Origin: Candidatus Latescibacterota bacterium
Lineage (GTDB): Bacteria; Latescibacterota; UBA2968; GCA-2709665
Assembly: GCA_965237675.1 (NCBI GenBank)
Contig: OZ250150.1
Span: 2,848,001-2,912,000 of the forward strand
Reading direction: 5' to 3'
DNA: 64,000 bases
This document shows, in pieces, positions 56,078 to 64,000 of this stretch (position 1 is its first letter; each line of letters opens with the position of its first letter). The position numbers and the translations under genes are program-made. The notes beneath the pieces are model-generated. The model made no database searches, was not told the DNA's origin, and saw only the letters and a program-made list of their open reading frames with translations.

Positions 56078-57796
56078 ATGGACAACCGGGAGGTCGCGGA
56101 AATCCTGGAGGAGATGGCGACATTGATGGAGTTGAACGGCGAGGGCGGATTTCGTATACGTGCGTACACGAATGCGGCCCGGGGTATCGAATCTCTGCGG
56201 GTGCCCGTCGCTGAACTGGTTGTCGAGCGGAAGCTGGATTCGGTCAGAGGAATCGGCAAAGGACTGGCGGGACGCATTACCGGACTCGTGGAGACGGGGT
56301 GTCTGCCGGGTCTGGAGGAGTTGAGGGCGTCCGTTCCGGAAGGGTTGTTGGAGATGACGGAAATTCCCGGTCTGGGGGCCAAGAGAGTGCGGGCAATTTA
56401 CGAAGGACTGGGCATCGTGGACATAGATGCGCTCTCCAGAGCATGTGATTCCGGAGAGTTGGAGGCGATGACCGGATTCGGCAGGAAAACTGCCGACCGG
56501 ATCGCGCACGGAATTCAATATATGCAGAAGCACCGTGGACAATTTCTGTGTCATAACGCTCGCGAAGAGGCAGAGGACATTCGGGCTTATCTGGAGGGCC
56601 AGGCCAGCGCGGATCTGTTGACCGTGGCTGGATCGATTCGGCGCCGCATGGAAACGAGCAAGGATGTGGATCTGGTGGCGTGTACAAAGGACCCGGATGG
56701 ACTGGCCGGGGCATTTACCGGGTATGGAGAGGTGGCCGAGGTTGTGGAAGCCGGAGAGATGCGGCTGAGCGTAATGTTGAAGTCGGGTATGCGCGCGAAT
56801 CTGTGGCTTGTGAAGGAGGAGGCTTTTCCGGCTGCGCTGCATCACGTTACGGGTAGCCAGGCGCATGTTGCGCAGGTGCGCGAGAGAGCGTCGCAACGGG
56901 GCCTGAAGTTAAACGAACACGGACTGTTTGACGGAGATCGTCGAATCCCCTGCGAGGACGAGGCGGCGCTATTCGAAGCGCTCGGTCTGTCCGAGATCCC
57001 GCCGGAACTGCGTGAGGGTGAAGACGAGATCCGACAGGCCGAGGTCGGGGCGCTTCCCGGTCTGGTGTCACGATCGGATCTGCGTGGGACGCTGCACGTG
57101 CATACCCGGCACAGCGACGGCCGGGCGGATGTGATGGAGATGGCGAGTGCGGCGGCCGGCCTGGGATATGGATATATCGGGATATGCGACCACAGCAAGG
57201 CGGCGGCCTATGCTAAAGGCCTGACAGAGGACCGGGTTCGTGCCCAGTGGGAGGAAATCGAAAGCGTGGACGCGGAACTCGAGGAGATCCGGGTGTTGAA
57301 GGGAATCGAGGTGGACATACTCGGCGATGGGCGGCTTGACTTCGAGGACGAGTTCTTGGAACAGTTCGACGTCGTCGTGGCGTCGGTGCATTCCAGATTC
57401 GGCATGAACGAGTCCGAGGCGACCGAGCGGATCGTGCGCGCGGTGCGGAATCCACACGTGCACATTCTGGGCCATCCCACGGGGCGATTGTTGCTTTCGC
57501 GTGAGGGTTATCCGCTGGATCTCCGCGCCGTCATCGACGCGGCGGCCGAGGCCAATACGGCCATTGAGCTGAATGCCAATCCTCGACGGTTGGACCTGGA
57601 CTGGCGGCATATCGGATACGCGAGGGAAAAGGGGGTGAAGATTGCAATCAATACCGACGCCCACAGCGTTGAGGGCTTGGAGCAGATGGAGCACGGTCTG
57701 GGCGTGGGCCGGAAGGGCGGACTGCCGGCCGCGGATGTCCTGAACGCGATGTCTGTGGACGAGTTTCTGGCATGGTGCGCAACAACTGGACTGTGA
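56078..57796 (+). CDS. polX: DNA polymerase X family / PHP 3'-5' exonuclease
   Basis: FRIRAY, GIGKG, GLGAK HhH; GSIRR...KDVD; TGS; PHP motifs HVHT.HSDG, DHS, GHPTGR, NTDAH. Confidence 0.95.
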   Translation: MDNREVAEILEEMATLMELNGEGGFRIRAYTNAARGIESLRVPVAELVVERKLDSVRGIGKGLAGRITGLVETGCLPGLEELRASVPEGLLEMTEIPGLGAKRVRAIYEGLGIVDIDALSRACDSGELEAMTGFGRKTADRIAHGIQYMQKHRGQFLCHNAREEAEDIRAYLEGQASADLLTVAGSIRRRMETSKDVDLVACTKDPDGLAGAFTGYGEVAEVVEAGEMRLSVMLKSGMRANLWLVKEEAFPAALHHVTGSQAHVAQVRERASQRGLKLNEHGLFDGDRRIPCEDEAALFEALGLSEIPPELREGEDEIRQAEVGALPGLVSRSDLRGTLHVHTRHSDGRADVMEMASAAAGLGYGYIGICDHSKAAAYAKGLTEDRVRAQWEEIESVDAELEEIRVLKGIEVDILGDGRLDFEDEFLEQFDVVVASVHSRFGMNESEATERIVRAVRNPHVHILGHPTGRLLLSREGYPLDLRAVIDAAAEANTAIELNANPRRLDLDWRHIGYAREKGVKIAINTDAHSVEGLEQMEHGLGVGRKGGLPAADVLNAMSVDEFLAWCATTGL

Positions 57797-57831
57797 TTAA
57801 CTGTGATTAAGGTATGATTAACTGTGATTAA
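57791..57831 (+). repeat. Tandem repeat CTGTGATTAA (3 perfect + 1 degenerate)
   Basis: Directly visible, overlapping the polX stop codon. Confidence 0.85.
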
Positions 57832-57894
57832 AGGCAAAGGCGAGGTGGCGGGAGAGAGTTCGGACGGTGATAGAGGGGATCTGAAGAGGCGGGA

Positions 57895-58088
57895 TACATG
57901 GATGGACAGGATGAACAGGATAAAGACCAGAAGCCGTAGTTGCGTTACACTGTCTTACTCCATTTGAGATATTTTGCCGCATTTTCTGAATTTCGATTTT
58001 CATCCTGTATATCCTGTGTATCCATGTAAGTTATGTTTTCAGTCATTCGGCGATAGTCACCAACTGCAATTAACATGGATGGACAGGA
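57895..58088. repeat. ACATGGAT/ACAGGAT-type REP-like repeats (inverted pair plus partial)
   Basis: TACATGGATGGACAGGATGAACAGGAT (57895-57921), inverted copy 58002-58028, partial copy 58073-58088. Confidence 0.75.
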
Positions 58089-58103
58089 CGTATTGGAGGT
58101 CGT

Positions 58104-58832
58104 TTGACGCGCGAAGAGATTTTCGACACGGTCCAATCGCTCTGCAAAGAGAAGGACCTCTATGCCGCCAGCGAGTTCGTGCTCCGTCTCGCGGATGAGT
58201 CTGGCGATGGCGAGATATTCGGAAACCTCGTGCTCGACTGTTATTGGAAGGCCAAGTCCACGGAGCAGATGATCCACTTCGCCAACGCAGGCATCCACTA
58301 TTGCCTGGCCAAGGCGTGCGCGTACGACGGCATCGAAGACGATTCCGCGAGGGAACTTCGATTCGCCGCCAAGCGGATGGCCACCAACGCCGCTTCCTTC
58401 ACCTGGATTGGCTGGGAAGAACCCGGGGTGGCGGTCTCAGCCGAGCAGATGCGGCAGGGACTCGCCTTCGCCCGGTACAGCGTAAGGCAACTGCATGAAC
58501 TGGACCCGACCGACGCGCAACTCGCATTTTCGTACTGGTTTCTTGCCGCGCATCTGATCGTCGAGGTCTCGTACGAGGAGGCGTTGTCGGTATTTGTGGA
58601 CGCGAGAGAGTACAATAGCTCGGACGGAGGGAATCCGGATTACGACACCATGCTCGAAGGTTATATCGGGCTGACGAGAATTCTGTCGGGCGACAACGAC
58701 GCTGGTGAATCCGAATTCGGCTCATCGGTAGCAGCACTGGAGTCCCTCGATAGCGAGGATGCCGCGTTCTACGCGAAGCAACTCCTGAGCGTCCGGACGT
58801 TCTTCGAGAAGCGGTTGGCATCAGACGCCTAG
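58104..58832 (+). CDS. Hypothetical helical (TPR-like) protein
   Basis: TTG start after GGAGG; 242-aa ORF with amphipathic helical pattern. Confidence 0.75.
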   Translation: MTREEIFDTVQSLCKEKDLYAASEFVLRLADESGDGEIFGNLVLDCYWKAKSTEQMIHFANAGIHYCLAKACAYDGIEDDSARELRFAAKRMATNAASFTWIGWEEPGVAVSAEQMRQGLAFARYSVRQLHELDPTDAQLAFSYWFLAAHLIVEVSYEEALSVFVDAREYNSSDGGNPDYDTMLEGYIGLTRILSGDNDAGESEFGSSVAALESLDSEDAAFYAKQLLSVRTFFEKRLASDA

Positions 58833-58930
58833 CCCGGGCGTCAACGATCACCTGGCCCATCGGGCTTCCTCGTACGCAATTCTCACACAAAGGCACGAAG
58901 ACACAAGGGTAAACCCAAAAACGCTTTAAA

Positions 58931-59036
58931 TGTCGCAATTTGCGACACCTGCCAGATACAGGGTACGATGGCGGTTGTAGGGATGTATGAAGGGGCGGTT
59001 TGGGAACCGCCCTGCGGTCGTATGATGGATGTGGAC
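58931..59036 (+). repeat. 106-bp direct repeat copy 1 (palindrome + REP)
   Basis: TGTCGCAATTTGCGACA ... GGGGCGGTTTGGGAACCGCCC ... GGATGTGGAC. Confidence 0.8.
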
Positions 59037-59239
59037 TTTGATTCGCCTTTCCGAAAACCGAACAGGCACCGAGGTTTGAATTCATACGCGGTTTTTTGCC
59101 CAACTGCAGAAAACCAATTGCACGCTATTCTTGGGAATGATATATTCGCTATGAGGGCAAGAAGCAGTCGCCAGCGTCCGGCCTGTTTTTTTGGGGATGG
59201 TCGATTCTCAGACGTCTAATGATTCTCCAGGAGGATCCA

Positions 59240-59425
59240 ATGTCTGCAGGTAATTTAACTGCCGTGATCAGAAAAGAGGACGACTTGTACGTTGCGGATT
59301 GCCCGGCATTGGGTACAGTCAGCCAGGGCACTTCGCCGAAGGAAGCGTTGGAAAACCTTAGGGAGGCCACAACACTCTATCTTGAAGAAACTGGTGTTAC
59401 CGTAGCGGAGTTCAATATTGCCTGA
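59240..59425 (+). CDS. hicB: HicB-like antitoxin (short, no DNA-binding domain)
   Basis: YVADCPALG..SQG.S.KEALENLREA..LYLE; AGGAGG RBS. Confidence 0.9.
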   Translation: MSAGNLTAVIRKEDDLYVADCPALGTVSQGTSPKEALENLREATTLYLEETGVTVAEFNIA

Positions 59426-59648
59426 ATTGCCATCGGACAAATCTGGCAGTGACGTGATAGCAGCACTCGAAAAACTCGGATTTAGCTTTGTGCGACAAAA
59501 AGGAAGCCATGTAGTGCTTAAGCGTTCCGATCCAATCAGAAGCAAAGTGGCGGTTGTTCCGGTGCATAAACGACTGGCGCGCGGAACGATAAGAGGTATA
59601 CTCACGCAGGCGGGTATCGACAGGGACGAGTTTCTAAGTGTCATATAG
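59418..59648 (+). CDS. hicA: HicA mRNA interferase toxin
   Basis: LEKLGF..VRQKGSHVVL...VVPVH..LARGTIRGIL.QAG. Confidence 0.92.
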   Translation: MPELPSDKSGSDVIAALEKLGFSFVRQKGSHVVLKRSDPIRSKVAVVPVHKRLARGTIRGILTQAGIDRDEFLSVI

Positions 59649-59670
59649 GCGTTGAATAATGCTACACAGG

Positions 59671-59700
59671 GTAGGGTTTGTCGGAATCCGCGACAAACCC
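59671..59700 (+). repeat. GTAG-type REP hairpin
   Basis: GTAG-GGTTTGTCG-loop-CGACAAACC. Confidence 0.6.
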
Positions 59701-59824
59701 TTTGGTATGTCGTAGGAGATCCGTATGCGGTCTATATGTACGCGTGAGCAAAGCCTTGCGATTGGCGTCGATTCGTCAGAAGACCGCAGCCACTACGCTT
59801 CATAAAGACCCGGGTTCCTGTCAC

Positions 59825-59930
59825 TGTCGCAAATTGCGACACCTCGTAAACATCGGTTACGACAACAGTGGTCGGGTTTTTTGTAGGGGCGGTTCGCGAA
59901 CCGCCCTGCGGTGGTGTGGTGGATGTGGAC
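59825..59930 (+). repeat. 106-bp direct repeat copy 2 (palindrome + GTAG REP)
   Basis: TGTCGCAAATTGCGACA ... GTAGGGGCGGTTCGCGAACCGCCC ... GGATGTGGAC; collinear with copy 1. Confidence 0.8.
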
Positions 59931-60022
59931 GGGGTTTCGATTATTGTATCGATATTCCGCATCTTAGGATTTTTCCGCCCGGGCGACCGTGCGGCTATAT
60001 ATTCAACAAGTGAGGTTTTTCC

Positions 60023-62944
60023 GTGCCCCATACCAGTGAAATCGCCGTCAATTTCGAGCTGTCGAACGTGTTGCGGACCAAACATCCGGGCTGGCATGAC
60101 GGTATCACTGCGGAACAAACGAACGTCTTTCGTGAGACCGCCCGGCAGCCGGACGTGGTTATTCGTTCCCCGGGTGGCGTCCCTGTCGTACTCGAAACTG
60201 AGTTCGAACCGGCTCGTGGTGTCGAAGAGGACGCCAGGAAACGGCTGGGAAGCTTCTTGCAGTACGGGGGAGACCAGATAGAGCAGACAATTGCCGTCCA
60301 GGTTCCGAAAGACCTGAGCCAGGCGCCGCAGGGTGATCTAGAGTCCCGGATCAAGGCCGCCGAGTTCCGTTATTGCACGTATTCTCTGCAAGAAACGGAT
60401 GCGGCTAAGCGTTGGCCGACCACGGGTTGGCTCGTTGGTGGCATTGACGATCTCGCTACCTGTATTGAGAACGTCTCGCTTTCCGAGCGGCTACTGGCTC
60501 AAGGAACACACATTTTGGAGCAAAGCATCCGCGAGGCCGCCGGTAAGCTGCGAGAAACAGCGGGCAAGAATGCGCTGGGGAACATGGCGGCTTCCCTCCA
60601 CCAGGAGGACGGCGACCAAACCTCGCGCATGGCCATGGCCATCGTGGCCAACGCACTCGTCTTTCACACCGCGATTGTGCAAGCGCACGAGATTGCTACC
60701 ATCGACCAGTTGCGCATCCCGGGGCGCAACGACGTAAGCAAAAGCCGTTTGCTCGCCTGCTGGCAGCATATCCTCGACAATATCAACTATTATCCGATCT
60801 TCCGCATCGCCTCCGATTTGCTGCTGCCGATTCCCGACGGTACGGCGAACGCAGTACTTAGTGGCCTTGCTCAGGCGGCCAGCGACCTGGCGGGTCTCGG
60901 GGCTACAACCCTGCACGACCTCTCTGGACGGATGTTCCAAACGTTAATCGCAGACCGGAAGTTTCTCGCCACGTTCTACACGCTTCCGATATCAGCGGCT
61001 CTGCTCGCGGAGTTGGCGGTATCCCGATTGGACGCTGAGACCGATTGGTCCGACCCGGACGCACTCACACGTCTCCAGATTGCCGACCTTGCCTGCGGTA
61101 CGGGAACCCTGCTCTCAGCCGCGTATCGTGTGCTGGCTGCGCGCTATCGGCGCACCGGCGGCGACGACCAGGCATTGCACCGGCAGATGATAGAAGGCGC
61201 CCTCATCGCGGCAGATATCATGCCTGCGGCAACGCACCTTACTGCGTCTATGCTTTCAAGCGCCCATCCTGGGACGACTTTTGGCCGCACCCGTGTCCAC
61301 ACCCTCCCTTACGGACGGCAGGACGAGAAAAAACGGCATGCAATGGCGTTAGGTGCCCTCGACCTGATTGAAGACGACGCCGCGCCATCGCTATTTGGCA
61401 CCGGTGTAAAAGTTGCTCACGGCAAAGGCTCCGACGTGGAAAGCGAGGGCAGCCAGGATATGATCCTCCCGCGCGGAACCGCGGACGTGGTGATTATGAA
61501 CCCTCCGTTCACGCGCCCAACTGGTCAGGAGAGTAAAAAGGTTGGAATTCCTGTGCCGTCGTTTGCTGGGTTGGGCACGAGTAAGAATGAACAGCGACAA
61601 ATGAGCATCAGGTTAAAGGCGATATGTGCCAAGCTGAAAAAGAGCGGATCCCTGGCTGGCCACGGGAACGCTGGGCTGGCCACAAATTTTATTGATCTCG
61701 CTCATGCCAAAACTAAGCCGGGTGGTGTCATAGCGTTAGTGCTACCAGCGGCATTTGCGAGCGGTAGTTCATGGGAAGATGCTCGGCGATTGCTGGAACG
61801 TGAGTACGAAGATTTAGCCGTGTTTACTGTTGCTGCGTACGGCCAGATGGATCGGGCTTTTTCGGCCGATACTGGAATGGCTGAAGCGCTGGTGGTGGCT
61901 ACCAAGTGCCGCGCTGGACGCAAGGGATGTGGGAAAGCTCTGTTCGTCAACATCTTTCACCGTCCGTACAGTCCTGAGGAAGCCTTTGAGATTGCGCGGG
62001 CTGTGCAACGGCTCACACCTGAAGTTCGGCATGGGCGGATTTCTGTGGGGAATCGCGAGATCATCGGCGCCTACATTCGTGCACCATTGAATCAAGGCGG
62101 ATGCGCGTCACTACGCGAAACTGGGCTTGCCGACACCGCCCATGGCTTGTTGGAAAAGAACCTGCGACTGCCTCAGGGATACTCCGTGCCATTTTGCACG
62201 ACGAACCTCCAGGCCCTTGGAAAGCGGGGGTTATATCACATTGACATCTCCGGAAACCAGAGTGACGGAACCCCTCGAGGACCATTTAAGATCATACCTA
62301 TTCAAGGAGTCCCCGAGTATCCCGTGTTATGGGGCCACGAGGCGCAACGTGAACGGGGCCTCGTCGTTCAGCCCGATAGCGAAGGAGACGTGCGTGCTGG
62401 CTGTAACGACCACGCGGTCGCTGCTTGGAACGAAACGGCATCGCGGCTCCATTTCAACCGTGACTTTCAAATCAACTCGCAAAGCCTTACCGCATGCCTC
62501 ACCCCCGCGAAAACGATTGGCGGCAGAGCGTGGCCCAACTTCATTCTTGAGCGAGAGGAGTGGACGCTTCCCCTTGTTCTGTGGTCCAACACGACACTCG
62601 GACTCCTCTCATTCTGGTGGGCTGGCACCCGACAGCAGCAGGGGCGGGCGTGTCTCACAATCACCCAATTGCCCCAACTGACGGTTTTAGACCCGCGCAC
62701 CCTCAGTGAGGATCAGTTATCTCAGGCCACGGAAATCTTCGAGCAATTCAAGGAAAGGGAATTCCTGCCAGCCAACGAGGCGTATCGGGATGACGTCCGC
62801 CAGGACCTTGACCGCGCCGTCTTAGTGGAACTGCTACAATTTTCGGAGGAAGTCCTCGAACCTCTCGCTATTTTACGCGATCAATGGTGCGCCGAGCCAA
62901 GCGTTCACGGGGGTAAGAAGACAAGGATTGATACGCCCATTTGA
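60023..62944 (+). CDS. Type IIG-like restriction-modification fusion (nuclease + amino-MTase + TRD)
   Basis: N-terminal PD...ETE nuclease-like motif, FYT, DLACGTG (motif I), MNPPF (motif IV), long C-terminal TRD-like region. Confidence 0.85.
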   Translation: MPHTSEIAVNFELSNVLRTKHPGWHDGITAEQTNVFRETARQPDVVIRSPGGVPVVLETEFEPARGVEEDARKRLGSFLQYGGDQIEQTIAVQVPKDLSQAPQGDLESRIKAAEFRYCTYSLQETDAAKRWPTTGWLVGGIDDLATCIENVSLSERLLAQGTHILEQSIREAAGKLRETAGKNALGNMAASLHQEDGDQTSRMAMAIVANALVFHTAIVQAHEIATIDQLRIPGRNDVSKSRLLACWQHILDNINYYPIFRIASDLLLPIPDGTANAVLSGLAQAASDLAGLGATTLHDLSGRMFQTLIADRKFLATFYTLPISAALLAELAVSRLDAETDWSDPDALTRLQIADLACGTGTLLSAAYRVLAARYRRTGGDDQALHRQMIEGALIAADIMPAATHLTASMLSSAHPGTTFGRTRVHTLPYGRQDEKKRHAMALGALDLIEDDAAPSLFGTGVKVAHGKGSDVESEGSQDMILPRGTADVVIMNPPFTRPTGQESKKVGIPVPSFAGLGTSKNEQRQMSIRLKAICAKLKKSGSLAGHGNAGLATNFIDLAHAKTKPGGVIALVLPAAFASGSSWEDARRLLEREYEDLAVFTVAAYGQMDRAFSADTGMAEALVVATKCRAGRKGCGKALFVNIFHRPYSPEEAFEIARAVQRLTPEVRHGRISVGNREIIGAYIRAPLNQGGCASLRETGLADTAHGLLEKNLRLPQGYSVPFCTTNLQALGKRGLYHIDISGNQSDGTPRGPFKIIPIQGVPEYPVLWGHEAQRERGLVVQPDSEGDVRAGCNDHAVAAWNETASRLHFNRDFQINSQSLTACLTPAKTIGGRAWPNFILEREEWTLPLVLWSNTTLGLLSFWWAGTRQQQGRACLTITQLPQLTVLDPRTLSEDQLSQATEIFEQFKEREFLPANEAYRDDVRQDLDRAVLVELLQFSEEVLEPLAILRDQWCAEPSVHGGKKTRIDTPI

Positions 62945-63229
62945 TCACGTTGAAGACCAACCTACTTTCAATCGGACACGATCATATAGTGAATTTGTAC
63001 CGATGGCGTCAGTACCGGGATCCAGATCAAGTACAACAAATGAAGGTGATCGATTGTACCGTTGACGCTACCGCCTTGAAAAGACCATCTGTTAACATTG
63101 GATCCTCAATTCATGTCTTGGGTCCGGTCAACATAGCGTGTTTTGCTCCTTGATTCAGCTTGGCGCTCAGAAGCGACATCTGAACGTTGTTTCAGATCTG
63201 ACAGACTACAGATTAACAGGAGATAAGCC

Positions 63230-63853
63230 ATGAGCGACTGGATCACGGATGTGGATACGTTTCAACTTGGTGGTATCTGCATATTGATAGCGTTGTTCCT
63301 TTTCAAGAATTACGTTACGCCCTACATACGCAAGAAGGGCGAAAACCTTGCGACGAAACAGGATATAGCGGAGATTACCGACGAAATCGAAAAGGTCCGC
63401 TCGGAATACGCGAAGCAACTGGAAGAAATATCACAGCAGAATCGCCTTATCTTAGAACAGGCAAAACGAAAACACCAGCTCAGCATCGCCGCCTTGGACC
63501 GCCGCCTCGAAGCACATCAACAAGCATACACACTGTGGCGGAAGCTCCGGTCGGTATTGTACAAAGATGAGGTAGGTAGCGTCGTTATGGAGTGTCAGGA
63601 TTGGTGGGTAAATAACTGTTTGTACCTGGATGCTGAGGCGAGACAAGCGTTTTCGGAAGCATACCATGCAGCTTTTGCGCATCGGGAGCGTGCGGATGGA
63701 AATAGGGCCACGGCAGAGGGAAAGGAGATTATCAAGGAAAACCTTATGGCAGTAATGAATGCAGGTGATAAGATAGTGAAGGGTGTGGAACTTCCGAGTC
63801 TCGGAGAAGACGAGTACAAGCCTGTTGATCCATCAGAATCGGTCAAGGATTAG
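63230..63853 (+). CDS. Hypothetical protein, N-terminal TM + coiled coil
   Basis: AGGAG RBS; TM helix, then KKGENLATKQDIAEIT coiled coil; lower GC than core genes. Confidence 0.8.
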   Translation: MSDWITDVDTFQLGGICILIALFLFKNYVTPYIRKKGENLATKQDIAEITDEIEKVRSEYAKQLEEISQQNRLILEQAKRKHQLSIAALDRRLEAHQQAYTLWRKLRSVLYKDEVGSVVMECQDWWVNNCLYLDAEARQAFSEAYHAAFAHRERADGNRATAEGKEIIKENLMAVMNAGDKIVKGVELPSLGEDEYKPVDPSESVKD

Positions 63854-64000
63854 CCGAAGGAAACAACGCCTGGAACCTTTGAGGATGAGAATCATGGGGC
63901 AAAAGAACAAGCTTGAGTTTTCGTCAATTCAAATCACCAAATCATTGAATGAGGCAGTTACGGGTGCTGCTGAATTGACTGAACAGAGTGTTGAAGATTT

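Noticed and set aside
57791-58090. Short repeats as a CRISPR array
   Set aside because: Units are too short, partly inverted and lack regular unique spacers.
62941-63153. 70-aa ORF overlapping the R-M stop
   Set aside because: TTG start, no RBS or recognisable motif; cannot be supported.

Overview
GC-rich bacterial chromosomal window (two membranes implied by TolC/RND) with about 47 credible CDSs. No rRNA, tRNA or CRISPR array was seen. From left to right: (i) a minus-strand operon led by a clear lysine riboswitch, dapA-pckG-dapB-long transaldolase-M20D amidohydrolase; (ii) an M16 peptidase pair, ispH and dut; (iii) an orphan four-gene cluster containing an M28-peptidase/AAC(3)-acetyltransferase fusion; (iv) UVR-motif protein-hflX and bactofilin; (v) an accessory locus where BrnT toxin is translationally coupled to a 1505-aa GHKL-ATPase/SF2 helicase whose first ~22 aa look like the start of an antitoxin; (vi) TolC/RND/MFP efflux genes, mrp, an aminotransferase, and ggt with an unexplained structured leader; (vii) rarA and a sigma-70 region-4 protein preceded by an unannotated 17-aa YPPP leader peptide with terminator/antiterminator; (viii) a long catabolic cluster; (ix) a non-canonical PolX-PHP; and (x) a defence-type islet (hicBA, type IIG-like R-M) punctuated by REP-containing direct repeats. 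Two MITE families are visible; one sits at TAG stop codons. The best candidates for new biology are the YPPP attenuator, the BrnT/antitoxin-helicase fusion, the ggt leader RNA and the M28-AAC(3) fusion cluster. All calls come from motif reading by eye; no database search was run.
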